The position numbers and the translations under genes were made by a program. From contig CAWGMQ010000006.1 of NCBI GenBank assembly GCA_963823665.1, positions 832,001-896,000 on the forward strand: 64,000 nt of DNA, in the 5' to 3' direction. The notes under the pieces were generated by a model. That model saw only the letters and a list, made by a program, of their open reading frames with translations, ran no database searches and was not told the DNA's origin. The stretch's first letter is position 1. Every line of letters starts with the position of its first letter. Below, one piece after another: positions 42,618 to 52,735 of the stretch. This stretch comes from an uncultured Planctomycetota bacterium (lineage in GTDB: Bacteria; Planctomycetota; Planctomycetia; Isosphaerales; Isosphaeraceae).

Positions 42618-44141
42618 TCAGCCCGCGGAGAGATCGGGCACGACGAACGGCGCGCGGTAGTCGCGCCGTGACAGCTCATTAGCGGCGTCGGCGAAGGCGC
42701 CGACGAAGCGGCCGTTATTCGGGTCGAGGCTCACCAAGGGGCCGAGCGTGGTCGGGGTCGCAACGAGGTCCACGCCGTTCTCGCGCAGATAGTCGCGACA
42801 GCGCTCGAAGGCATCGTCCATCTCCGCTTTGCCCGAGATCGCGGTCCGGATGGCCTCGGGTGATAATTGTTTCCCGAGCCGGTGAGACACATTGGCCATG
42901 TGGCAGCAGGCGGTTGAGCGATGGCCCTCGAGCGCCTCGGCCGCCAGGTCACTCGACTTCCGACTGCGGACGGCGGCGAGAAAGGCGGAGAGATGGGCCA
43001 GTTCCAGCGCCTTGGGGCTGTCGCCCGCCCCGAGGTCGTGGACCTTCTTCCCCTGGCGATCGAACATCGCCCCACCGGAGCCGTCGCCGGCGAAGTAGCC
43101 CCCTTCGCAGTCGATCACGACGCCACGGTTCTGGCCCCGGAACTTGCCCATCGAGGCCGCACCCTTGCCGGCGCTCACGTTGCGGACCTCGCAAATGAGC
43201 GGGGCCGGCTGGAAATCCAGCAGCGCTATGTGGGTGTTGGCCGTCTCGCCGCAGTCGTGGAAAGCGAACCGGCCGCCGATGCTCATGGCGCGCGGGGGTG
43301 TTCGGTCTTGTCCCAGGGCCCAGCGGCATATATCGATGACGTGGATGCCGTTGTTCCCCATCTCGCCGTTGCCCGTATCCCAGAACCAGTGCCACTCGTA
43401 GTGCAATTGCTTGCGCATGAGCGGTTTCTTGGGGGCCGGGCCGCACCAGAGGTCGTAATTCAGCGTGCCCGGCGGCGGCGTGGGCACGTCGACCGACCCG
43501 ATACCGTCACGGGCGCGATAAACCAGCGCGTGGGCGAAGCGGATGGCCCCGAGCTCGCCGCCGCGCAGGCGGTCGAACACGCGCCGGAGGAACGTGCTCG
43601 ATCGGTTCTGGGTGCCGACCTGGACCATCCGGCCGTACTTGCGGGCAGCCGCCACCATCTGCTGCCCTTCCCACAGGTCATATGAGAACGGCTTCTCGAC
43701 ATAGACATCCTTGCCGGCCTGGCAGGCCCACACCGTCGCCAGAGCATGCCAGTGGTTGGGCAGGGCGACGATCACCGCGTCGACGCCCTTGTCGTCGAAG
43801 ACCTGGCGGGGATCGTGATACGCGGCGACCTTCCCCCCGTGCTCATGGGCTGCTTCGACTTCGCGATCGAGGTGCGCCTGATCGGCGTCGCAAAGCGCGA
43901 CGATGTTGACGCCCTTGATCTCGCGGAGCCGGCCGATGAGCTGATGGCCACGCCCGCCTACACCCCCGACGGCCGTGGTCGACCCCAGCCCGATGACGCC
44001 GAGATTCACCGCGTCGTTGGGGCCAACCGACCGGGGCCCGGCACCGAGCATCAAGCGCGGCATCCCGAGCGCGAGACCGGCCGTCATTGAACCCTTCAGA
44101 AAGCTCCGGCGTGGGATTGGTTTCATGTCGAATCTCACCAT
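42618..44141 (-). CDS. Tat-exported Gfo/Idh/MocA oxidoreductase
   Basis: RRSFLK; PNHWH, AGKDVYVEKP, VQVGTQNRS, YDLWCGPAP, GIHVIDI. Confidence 0.93.
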   Translation of the reverse strand: MVRFDMKPIPRRSFLKGSMTAGLALGMPRLMLGAGPRSVGPNDAVNLGVIGLGSTTAVGGVGGRGHQLIGRLREIKGVNIVALCDADQAHLDREVEAAHEHGGKVAAYHDPRQVFDDKGVDAVIVALPNHWHALATVWACQAGKDVYVEKPFSYDLWEGQQMVAAARKYGRMVQVGTQNRSSTFLRRVFDRLRGGELGAIRFAHALVYRARDGIGSVDVPTPPPGTLNYDLWCGPAPKKPLMRKQLHYEWHWFWDTGNGEMGNNGIHVIDICRWALGQDRTPPRAMSIGGRFAFHDCGETANTHIALLDFQPAPLICEVRNVSAGKGAASMGKFRGQNRGVVIDCEGGYFAGDGSGGAMFDRQGKKVHDLGAGDSPKALELAHLSAFLAAVRSRKSSDLAAEALEGHRSTACCHMANVSHRLGKQLSPEAIRTAISGKAEMDDAFERCRDYLRENGVDLVATPTTLGPLVSLDPNNGRFVGAFADAANELSRRDYRAPFVVPDLSAG

Positions 44142-44645
44142 GGACCTGGGTTGCTTCGGTGTGAACGGACGCTCCCGGGGCTATGAGCCAACGGATCTGA
44201 CGTGGTCGCAGCCCGTCGAGCCATCACTCCGAGCCTAACCAGTGCACCGCGGTTCGTCGACCCACAACCGGGCGTGACCCGGCCGGAGTTCATCGGCCAC
44301 TCTGTCGAACCGCTGGAGCGCGGCGTGCCTGGACCGGTCTGCGACAAACCGCGTCACCGATTGAACTGCGGAGAATCCGCGCGGCTGGCGTCTGTGAGCG
44401 TGACACTGACAGCTCAGCCGGTGTAGATTTGGAGAGATCGGTCCTCAGGGCGCGGGGAGCGCCGCAACCAATCGGGGAACTGCAACAATGAACGAAGACC
44501 TGGCCTCGGGTTTCCGGGATGTCGATCGCGCCCAAGATTTTGCGGTGTTCTCGAGTTGTCTGACCCTGGTCGAATCGATGCCTTTCTTCGGCGAGTGCAA
44601 GCGAGAGAGCTTTGACCTGGGCCAGTGGTTCGAGGAGGAGTTTCC

Positions 44646-45446
44646 ATGCGACGCAACGCGATTCTGATGGCGGGCCTGTTTGCGTGCCTGATCCCGGCCG
44701 GCACGTTCGCGCAGCAGGATCGGAAGACCGTCACGGTCGAGGTCTATCTGCCGGAGGATGCCCGGCTGTTTATCGAGGGTCAGGATACGAGGTCCAAGGG
44801 GCTGATGCGTCGCTTCGTGTCGCCGCCCTTGGCGCCGGGCAAGTACATCTACACCATCAAGGCGATCATTCCCGGCCCGAATGGGCCGCGAACGGTCACA
44901 CGCGAGCTCGACGTCCGGCCGGGCGACTTCGAATCGATCGACCTGCGCGAGCCGGGCAAACGGCCCATAACCGACGTCGAATATGAGCCAACGCCACAGA
45001 AGGTGGTCGATGCGCTCCTGCGGCTGGCCAAGGTAACGGGCAAGGACGTGGTCTGGGACCTCGGCTGCGGCGACGGACGCATCCCGGTGACGGCGGCCAA
45101 GGAGTACGGCTGCAAGGCGGTCGGTTTCGACATCGACCCCGAACGCGTCAAGGATTCCCTCGCCAAAGTGCGCAAGCACGGCGTGGAGCGGCTGGTCACG
45201 ATCGAAGAGCGCGACATCTTCAAGCTCGACCTGAGCAAAGGGCCGACGATCGTCACCCTCTATCTGCTGCCGCGTTTGAACGCCAAACTGTTGCCGCAGC
45301 TCCGGAAGCTGCCGCCGGGCGCGCGCGTCATTTCGATCGCGCACCGGATGGCCGACGTCAAGCCGGACGAGCACATCGTGGTTGATACGGAGCTGGGCGA
45401 GTTCGACGTCTATCTGTGGAAGGCAGAGACGCTACGAGGCAATTGA
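44646..45446 (+). CDS. Secreted TIGR03000-like domain fused to SAM methyltransferase
   Basis: Signal peptide; LPEDARLFIEG..RRFVSPPLAPGKYIY; YEPTPQKVV, DLGCGDGRI, VTLYLLP. Confidence 0.85.
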   Translation: MRRNAILMAGLFACLIPAGTFAQQDRKTVTVEVYLPEDARLFIEGQDTRSKGLMRRFVSPPLAPGKYIYTIKAIIPGPNGPRTVTRELDVRPGDFESIDLREPGKRPITDVEYEPTPQKVVDALLRLAKVTGKDVVWDLGCGDGRIPVTAAKEYGCKAVGFDIDPERVKDSLAKVRKHGVERLVTIEERDIFKLDLSKGPTIVTLYLLPRLNAKLLPQLRKLPPGARVISIAHRMADVKPDEHIVVDTELGEFDVYLWKAETLRGN

Positions 45447-45457
45447 CCATTGCACGT

Positions 45458-46726
45458 TCAGGCCTGCGAACCAAGACTTCGCGCTCTCCGGGCCATCTCG
45501 CTTTCGGCGAAGGTGGCGGCGACGGTGAGGACGAACAGGCCGGCGAGCAGCCAGAGGGCGTGCGACGCGACATCCTCGACGAGGGGGGCCACGGGGTTGG
45601 CCCAGCCGAAGGCACGCTCCGCGAACCATGCGGCGGCGGCGACGCCGGTGAGCGCGGCGCCGGCGACGCGGAACGGCGCGTAGATGCGCGAGCGGGCCAG
45701 CAGCACCAGTGCGGGCATCGCTGCCAGGATCACCAGGAGCTGGAAGGCTTCGATGCCGAGATTGAAGCCCAGCACGCTCGAAACCAGGATCCAAGGATCG
45801 AAGCCGAAGCCGGTCAGCGTCGCCGCGAACGCCAGGCCGTGCACTAGCCCGAAGCCGCCGGCGATGAATACTTCCTTGCCGCGGAAGATCGGCACCAGGG
45901 CATGGACGGCCGAAAAAAGGATCGAGAGGGCGATGGCCGATTCGACCACGGCACCGGGCAGGCGCGCCCATCCCATAGCGCCAAGCACGAGCGTGACCGA
46001 ATGGCCGAGGGTGAACGCGGTCACTACCTTGAGTATTCGCCGGAAGGCTGTTCCCGCTCCTGCATAGCCGCCCCAGCGCCGGCCCGCCGCGACGAGCGGC
46101 GCAGGGAGGATCAGCGCGAGCAAGAACAGGAGGTGGTCGGTCCCCTCCGCGATGTGGCGCGCACCAAGGCGGAACATGGCGGCGAATCCACGGAACCAAC
46201 TGCCGCCGGACTGATCGATGGCGATCGCGGCATTGGTGTCGCGCATCGTCCCCAGGAGCACCGGATCTTCGCCGATCAAGCCACTGCGCCAGTCTCTGAC
46301 AAGCGTGACCACCGCCGTGTGCGTGATCAAATGGTGGAAGATCACGTCGTAACCGAGAGTCAGCCGATCCGCGGGCGCACCCGCTGGCGGGGTCATCGTC
46401 AACATCACCCGCACGTCAGGTTCCTGTTCGACGACCGGGATCACTTCGAGCACCGTCACCGTCCACGGCCGCCCATCGGGGGCGGACGGGCGAACATGCG
46501 CGCGAACGTAATCCTTGAGCTCTTCGCCGAATTGCTGCACCATCTGCACTGCATCCCTGGGCAACGGCTTCTCCCAGCCCACCGCGAGCTCGCTGACCGG
46601 CAGCGTCAACTCGGCGTCAATCCCTGCGCGATGGAGGCGCAGCACGACCGCCGAGCCCGGCATGGGATGGCCCCACGCCGGGAGCGCTGGTACCAAGAGT
46701 AGGAGGGCCGGGATGAGTCGTCGCAT
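45458..46726 (-). CDS. HupE/UreJ-like membrane protein
   Basis: AWG-H signal; HIAEGTDHLLFL, TAFTLGHSVTL, FGLVHGLAFA, FNLGIE. Confidence 0.88.
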   Translation of the reverse strand: MRRLIPALLLLVPALPAWGHPMPGSAVVLRLHRAGIDAELTLPVSELAVGWEKPLPRDAVQMVQQFGEELKDYVRAHVRPSAPDGRPWTVTVLEVIPVVEQEPDVRVMLTMTPPAGAPADRLTLGYDVIFHHLITHTAVVTLVRDWRSGLIGEDPVLLGTMRDTNAAIAIDQSGGSWFRGFAAMFRLGARHIAEGTDHLLFLLALILPAPLVAAGRRWGGYAGAGTAFRRILKVVTAFTLGHSVTLVLGAMGWARLPGAVVESAIALSILFSAVHALVPIFRGKEVFIAGGFGLVHGLAFAATLTGFGFDPWILVSSVLGFNLGIEAFQLLVILAAMPALVLLARSRIYAPFRVAGAALTGVAAAAWFAERAFGWANPVAPLVEDVASHALWLLAGLFVLTVAATFAESEMARRARSLGSQA

Positions 46727-46733
46727 CGGGGCC

Positions 46734-47864
46734 TCAGAAGGAAAATTCGGCGCCGTAGTCGGTCAGACGGTCTCGCCAGATCGTGTGGACGTGGTCGCTG
46801 CCCTGTATGGCGAACTCAATCCAGACGCGTGGTCCGTCGAGACGCACGTAGTCTCCTCGATCGCTCAGGTTCGTCGAACCGGAGTACGACACTTTGACCT
46901 TGTCGAGCTCGGCCTCGTAAAGCTTGCGGTATTCTGCGCCCTGGGGGCTATCACCCGTCCATGCCGCGATCGCTTTCTTGACGAAACCTTTCGAGGCATC
47001 GGAAAGCTCGGAGACCCGCACACCCTCTCTCTTGGCGGGGAACTTGCCGTCTTTGCCGGGGCCGACGTAGACATCGTTGAACCGCGCTTCGAGCTTCGCC
47101 TGTTTCGACTGATCGGGGGTGAGGGAGCCAAGCAAGCCTTGCAGGGATTCGCGCATCGGGGCGAGCGGTTCGTGCGTCTTGCCTTGATCGTCCTTCCAGA
47201 CTGTCGGCTGCGCGGCAACGTGGTAAGGAGTCGCGGCGCCGGACGTTCCTTTGTAGTAGAGATTGATGGCGAGATGGTGACCGCCCAGTTGCAGAATCCA
47301 GGGTGTGGTCTTCGACGGCTTGCCCAGGAAGGCGATCATGTAGTTCATCGCCCCGAAGTTCATGCCGCCACCTCCGCCCTTCTTCTTGGCGACTCCGCCA
47401 CCTTTCTTTTGATCAGGACCGCCGCCGGGGCCTCGGCCGCCTCTCCCTCCTTTGGCGAACGCGTCGTCGGCCGCGCGGACTTCCTGGTATCGTGCGAAAC
47501 CCTCCTCGCCAAGGGCAACCCGGGCGACTTTGAGGGCCGCGTCGACCTGCTCGGGTTTGAGGTCGCGGAAGAAGACGCCGTTGCGCACATTGGACCCACC
47601 CGGAAAGTTTGTCCACCGGACGGCGAGTCGCGGCGTGAGCTCGATCTGGGCGGTGGCGCGTTGCTCCGGTGTGAGCGTGGCCAGGAACGCCTCCCCGGCG
47701 TCCACGACGTCGGCCGCCTTCGGCGAGCCCAGCAAGTCAGGGGCGGCCGCAGCCTGAGTTGCCGGAGCAGCCGCCTGGGGTGCAACGGAGCCGAGGTTGG
47801 CCGCGATCAGGCCAAGCGGCAGCGTGCCGGCCGCGGCGAGGGCGAGAAGGGTCGGTTTGTTCAT
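46734..47864 (-). CDS. DUF3500 family exported protein
   Basis: WTNFP, YMIAFLGKPS, GGHHLAIN, YVRLDGPRVWIEF, HVHTIWRD..DYG. Confidence 0.88.
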   Translation of the reverse strand: MNKPTLLALAAAGTLPLGLIAANLGSVAPQAAAPATQAAAAPDLLGSPKAADVVDAGEAFLATLTPEQRATAQIELTPRLAVRWTNFPGGSNVRNGVFFRDLKPEQVDAALKVARVALGEEGFARYQEVRAADDAFAKGGRGGRGPGGGPDQKKGGGVAKKKGGGGGMNFGAMNYMIAFLGKPSKTTPWILQLGGHHLAINLYYKGTSGAATPYHVAAQPTVWKDDQGKTHEPLAPMRESLQGLLGSLTPDQSKQAKLEARFNDVYVGPGKDGKFPAKREGVRVSELSDASKGFVKKAIAAWTGDSPQGAEYRKLYEAELDKVKVSYSGSTNLSDRGDYVRLDGPRVWIEFAIQGSDHVHTIWRDRLTDYGAEFSF

Positions 47865-48238
47865 TCGACGTGCTCCTGTTCTCTGTCACTCGAGCGAGGG
47901 ATTGCGTTCGCGAATGGTATCAGCGCCCTCCTCGAGACGGGAGATACATTCTCGTAAAATCTGCTTCATCTTCGCCCGTAGTCTGCCCCACGGCGCACGA
48001 CGTCGATGAGGTCGGCGCGCGCGGCCTCGCCGCCGGCGCCGAGCTATATCCGTGCAACAGAGCCATGCGGCGGCCATCCCCGGAGCCAGGGCGTGATGAC
48101 GAAACTGCCGGATCGTTTCCGGATGAATTCGGCGTGATGATGGCACGGACGGCTGATAACATCGCTAACTTTCTGGTAAGGCTGATGCAGTGATCCTTCC
48201 GTCGAATGATGGGCCCGAACACCAGGGAGACCGAACCG

Positions 48239-49265
48239 ATGAGTCATCTGATCCTACTTGCGTTCTCGATGCTACTTCAGGCCGCACCCCAGGATGCGCC
48301 CACAGCGGCTTTGCCCAAGGTCCACAAAATTGCCGTTGGAGGCGAGGGTGGCTGGGACTATCTCACGGTCGACTCGGAGGCGCGGCGGCTGTATGTCTCG
48401 CGAGGCGATCGGGTCACCGTGCTCAACCTCGACACGGAAGCCGTCGTTGGCGAGCTGGCGGGCACGCCTGGCGTCCACGGGATTGCGGTCGTGCCGGAGC
48501 TCGGCAAGGGGTTCACCAGCAACGGCAGGGATAGCAGTGTGACGGTCTTCGACCTCAAGACCCTGAAGGCAACCAACAAGATCAAGGCTAGCGGCGTGCC
48601 CGACGCGATCCTCTACGACCCGTCGAGCAAGCGCGTGATCACCTTCAACCACAGCACCAACGACGGGACCTCGATTGACCCTGACACGGAAAAGGTCGCC
48701 GGCACGATCCCCTTCGGGGGCGAGCCCGAGGCGGCCGTTGCCGATGGGAGGGGGCACATCTTCGTCAACATCCGGAGGCTCTAGCGAGGTGCTCGAGTTC
48801 GACGCGCTCTCGCTGAAGATCCTCAATCGCTGGCCGCTGGCGCCCGGACAGAGGCCGAACGGACTGGCCATCGACGCCAAGAACCGCCGGCTGTTCAGCG
48901 GCTGCAACGGCAATTCCAAGATGGTGGTGATGGACGCCGACAAGGGAACCGTGATCGCCCTAGTCGACATCGGCCGAGGCTCGGACGGCTGCGGCTTCGA
49001 TCCGACGAAGGGCCTGGCCTACAGCTCCAACGGCGGCGAAGGCACCGTGACCATGATCGGCGAGGCCGAGCCGGGCAAGTTCAAGGTCGTCGCGACGGTG
49101 CCCACCCAGGCGACCGCCCGGACGATGACCGTCGACCCGAAGACGCATCGCCTCTACCTGTCAGCCGCGACCCCGGCTCCCGCCGCCGCCGGTGCCCAAC
49201 AGACGAAAGGCGGTCGAAGAGGCAACGTCCCAGGCTCATTCGTGATCGTTGTGGTCGGCGATTGA
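48239..49265 (+). CDS. YncE-family beta-propeller protein (frameshift near 48775)
   Basis: GGEGGWDYL, GVHGIA, GFTSNG, PDAILYDP, ARTMTVDPKTH. Confidence 0.87.
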
Positions 49266-52200
49266 TTTCGGCCCATCACAACCGCAGGACGCGATCAGGT
49301 TGTGAAACGCCTTGGTTATGTGATGGTCTCGGCCGAAGCGTGGTAGGGCACGCTCGAGCCCCTCGCGTAGCCATCGGCATGCCTCGGACTGGTCGCTGTT
49401 GCCGATCGCGAACCTGGCGATTGACAGGAGCGTGCTGAACGTTGTCGGATGATCGCGGCCCAGCACCCGCTCCACATCCGGCAGCAGCTTGGCGAACAGT
49501 CGCAGGGCCTCCTCGCTTTCGCCCAGCTCGCCGGTCCAGTCTGCGACGTTGCTACGGGTCGTGAGCGCATGAGCGTGATCGCGACCCAGCACTCCCTCCT
49601 GATCCGGCAACAGTTCGCCAAATAGCCGCAACGCTTCCCACCCGTTGCCCACACGGCCGGTCCAGGTCGCGACGTTGCTGCGCGTGTCGAGCGTGTCGGG
49701 ATGGTCGGGTCCGAGTTTCCGCTCCTGGTGCGACAGCAGCTCGGGGAACAGCCGAAGCACCTCCCAACATTCGCCCACGTCGCCGTTCATGCTCGCGATC
49801 GTACTTCGAGTATGGAGCGTTTGCTTATCGCCGGGCCCGAGCAGCCGCTCCTGGTCGGAACGCAGCTCCGTGAGTAGCCGCAGCGCCCGCCGTTTCTTGC
49901 CCAATACGGCGGACCACCGCGCGATGTTGCCGCGAGTGTAGAGTGCGTCTTTGTGATCGCGGCCCAGCAGCCGCTGCTGATCTTTGAGCAATTGGGTGGA
50001 CAGCCGACGTGCGTTCCGCACGTCGCCCAGCTCCCCGGTGCAGTACGCGATGTTGCTGCGGGTCCGAAGCGTGTCGGCGCGGTCGTGGCCCAGCACGCGC
50101 TCCTGGTCCGGCAGCAGCAAGGTGAACAGCCGCAGCGCCTCCCTCGACTCTCCGACGTCTCTGGTACAAACCGCGATCTTCCCGCGCGTCTGGAGCGTGT
50201 CCGCGTGACTCTGGCCCAAGACTCGCTCCTGGTCCGGCAGCAGCAAGGTGAACAGCCGCAGCGCCTCCCGTGCGTCGCCCAATTGGTGAGTCGCAAAGGC
50301 GATGGCGCTGCGGGTCTTGAGCGTGAGTTCGTCGTCGCGACCTAGCACGCGCTCCTGGTCGGCCGGAAGTTCCGCGAACAGCCGCAACGCGCCGGGCAGG
50401 TCGCCTGCACAGGCCGTGCTGGCCGCGACCATCATGCGGCGCAGAAGCGTGAGGCGAGCCGTCAGGTCGTCGTGGCCGAGCTTGCCCCAGGCGTCCGGTA
50501 GCAGTGTGTGCAACTGCCGCGACACCTCGAGTATCTCGTCCACATCTTTGATCGAGGATGCGATTCTGAAACGTGTTCGAAGCGTCCGCGGGTCATTGCG
50601 TCCCAGAATGCGCTCCTGGTCGGCCAGCAGCGCCCTGAACAGCCGCGACGCCTCCGGCGCGTCGCCAAGCTCGGCCGTGCAGGAGGCGATGTCGAATCGT
50701 GTGTTGAGCGAGTCGGAATGGTCACTGCCCAGTAGCCGCTGCTGGTCCGGCAGCAGCTCACAGTAGAGCCGCAGCGCCTCGCGCGCGTCGCCCAGTTGGC
50801 CGGTCCAATACGCGATGCAGTTGCGGACCCAGAGATTGTCGGCGTGGTCATGGCCCAGCACTCGCTCCTGGTCCGGCAGCAGCTCGGCGAATACCCGCAG
50901 AGCTTCCCGCCCCTCGCCCAGGTTCCCGGTCCAATGTGCGATGTAGCCGCGCGTTTTGAATGAATCAGCGTGGTCGGGGCCCACTGCTCGCTCCTGGTCC
51001 GACAGTAGCTCGGCAAACTGCCGAAGGGCTCCCCGCGCGTCGCCCATTGCGCCCGTGCAGAAAGCGATGCGGCCGCGCGTAGTCAGCGTCATGGGGTGGT
51101 CGGGGCCCAGCGCGTGCTCCTGCTCCGGCAACAGTTCAGCGCTCAATCGCAGCGCTTCCTGGTAATTGCCGGATCGGCCTGACCACCCGGCGATCGCACC
51201 GCGCAGATCCAGGATGTGGGGCGTATTCTCGTCGAATCGCTGGCGAAACCGAGGGATCCACTCCTGCAAGCGTCGGAGAGTCTCCTGAGGGTCGGGCAGT
51301 TCGCGGCTGCGCAGGGATGCCAAAGTACGCACGGCGTCGCCGAGCGCCCACAGGTGATCCGCCTCGCGGAGCATCGCGTAACGGTGAATGGGGTCGTGTC
51401 GGTTTTGTTTGGCCGTCGCGGCCAGCGCGTCGATCGCCTGGATCATCGCCTCGTGCATTGCTCTCGCATCGAGCGGAAACCCGGCGCAGGTGGCCGATGG
51501 GTCGAGTAGATACTCGGCCAGGGAGGCGTGGAACATGCCCGCGTGCTCGTCCGTGGCGCCCGCATCCCGGCGTGCGACAAGGCCGCCCAGGCGGTCCAGG
51601 ACCTCGCGGACGCCGTCCGAGCCCTCTGGACCGCCCAGGTTCTGGCACGCTTGCGCGAGCAGTGAAAGCGGCAGCACCGGGCCTTCTCCGGCGAGCGCCA
51701 GCAGGCCGAGCATCAGGCTGAATGTGTGGTTCGACGCGCCGGATGGCCGGGCTTGGTCGAGCAGCTTCGCATAAACCTCGTTCACCGAGCTCGGCATTCG
51801 CGCGAGGTCGATCGCTGGATCGCTCTGGATCAAGTCTGCCAGCAGACGGGTGAGGAGCCAGTGGCCTCCGGCTCGATTGTGGAGGGCAGGACGTGCGGAG
51901 GCCGGGACCTGGCGGTTGGTTAGGTAGCGTTCGAGGGGATCGCGCGCGGTCAGCCCATGGTCAAGTGTGAATCCCGAAGGGCAGCCCGGTGTGTCGGGCC
52001 GCGCGGTGATGACAATGCGAAGGTTCTCGGGCCACGCCGCGACTGCCTCGCGGACCGCATCGCGCGTTAATTCCGGTAGTCGCTCGAAACCGTCCAGCAC
52101 GATTCGAAGCTCCGGTTTCTGATCCAGGTACGCGAGCGGCTGGAGCACTTTCCGCGCGAGGGCGTCCAACTTCTCGCGCTCTGCAAGCGGGACGCTCCGA

Positions 52201-52550
52201 CCGAACTCGGCAACGGCCTCGGCGAATCCCGGCACCGAGCCACAGAGCTGGCGCTCCAGGTCGTCGCCAAGGCTCGCCGGATTGGTGTCGCGACTGAGAA
52301 TCGCAATGGCATGCACGAAACGGTCCGGGACACTGCCGCCGGCGATCTCCGGCCGCGCCAGCGCCGTCGCCAGGCTCGACTTGCCGGCGCCCGCCTTGCC
52401 TGTCAGCACGACGACCCGGTGTAACCGGCTTGCTTCGACCAGAGCATCGAGCTGCGTCGTGGGCTGGAACAACCAGGAGCGTGCCACGATGTGGGCTCGT
52501 CCCGCACTGTCCTGCCAGCAGAACTCATCGGGGCCGCGGCGCGAGGCCAT
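49236..52550 (-). CDS. P-loop NTPase (STAND/NACHT-like) with C-terminal 42-aa TPR array
   Basis: VVVLTGKAGAGKS, IVLDGFE, IVITARP, FHASLAEYL; repeats EALRLFAELLPDQERVLGxDHxDTL. Confidence 0.85.
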   Translation of the reverse strand: MASRRGPDEFCWQDSAGRAHIVARSWLFQPTTQLDALVEASRLHRVVVLTGKAGAGKSSLATALARPEIAGGSVPDRFVHAIAILSRDTNPASLGDDLERQLCGSVPGFAEAVAEFGRSVPLAEREKLDALARKVLQPLAYLDQKPELRIVLDGFERLPELTRDAVREAVAAWPENLRIVITARPDTPGCPSGFTLDHGLTARDPLERYLTNRQVPASARPALHNRAGGHWLLTRLLADLIQSDPAIDLARMPSSVNEVYAKLLDQARPSGASNHTFSLMLGLLALAGEGPVLPLSLLAQACQNLGGPEGSDGVREVLDRLGGLVARRDAGATDEHAGMFHASLAEYLLDPSATCAGFPLDARAMHEAMIQAIDALAATAKQNRHDPIHRYAMLREADHLWALGDAVRTLASLRSRELPDPQETLRRLQEWIPRFRQRFDENTPHILDLRGAIAGWSGRSGNYQEALRLSAELLPEQEHALGPDHPMTLTTRGRIAFCTGAMGDARGALRQFAELLSDQERAVGPDHADSFKTRGYIAHWTGNLGEGREALRVFAELLPDQERVLGHDHADNLWVRNCIAYWTGQLGDAREALRLYCELLPDQQRLLGSDHSDSLNTRFDIASCTAELGDAPEASRLFRALLADQERILGRNDPRTLRTRFRIASSIKDVDEILEVSRQLHTLLPDAWGKLGHDDLTARLTLLRRMMVAASTACAGDLPGALRLFAELPADQERVLGRDDELTLKTRSAIAFATHQLGDAREALRLFTLLLPDQERVLGQSHADTLQTRGKIAVCTRDVGESREALRLFTLLLPDQERVLGHDRADTLRTRSNIAYCTGELGDVRNARRLSTQLLKDQQRLLGRDHKDALYTRGNIARWSAVLGKKRRALRLLTELRSDQERLLGPGDKQTLHTRSTIASMNGDVGECWEVLRLFPELLSHQERKLGPDHPDTLDTRSNVATWTGRVGNGWEALRLFGELLPDQEGVLGRDHAHALTTRSNVADWTGELGESEEALRLFAKLLPDVERVLGRDHPTTFSTLLSIARFAIGNSDQSEACRWLREGLERALPRFGRDHHITKAFHNLIASCGCDGPKSIADHNDHE
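49400..51170 (-). repeat. Intragenic 126-bp tandem repeats encoding TPRs
   Basis: For example 46 identical nt at 50098-50143 and 50224-50269. Confidence 0.85.
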
Positions 52551-52735
52551 TCTCGTTCGCCCTTCCGAATCCGAAAGGGGGTCGCAATGATGTCATCATT
52601 TTCGATTGTGCCACTGCATTCGCTGGCCGTCCAGCCAGGATCCTCGCTCAGCCCGAGTCGCAGGTTGGTCGCGTGCCGGCCGAGGACTACCTCGCCCGCC
52701 CGCGCCGCGTCGCAGGGCTCACACGACAACGGTGC

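Noticed and set aside
44400..44520. Cobalamin or glycine riboswitch (GGAGAG, GAAGACCTG fragments)
   Set aside because: Core conserved helices and motifs could not be assembled
3183..47957. Long antisense or alternate-frame ORFs (for example 3183..4034, 6609..7775, 21832..23292, 46515..47957)
   Set aside because: Shadow ORFs typical of high-GC DNA, overlapping well-supported genes
49400..51170. DGR template/variable repeat pair
   Set aside because: The repeats are in-frame TPR units, no adenine-specific mismatch pattern was evident, and there is no reverse transcriptase in the window
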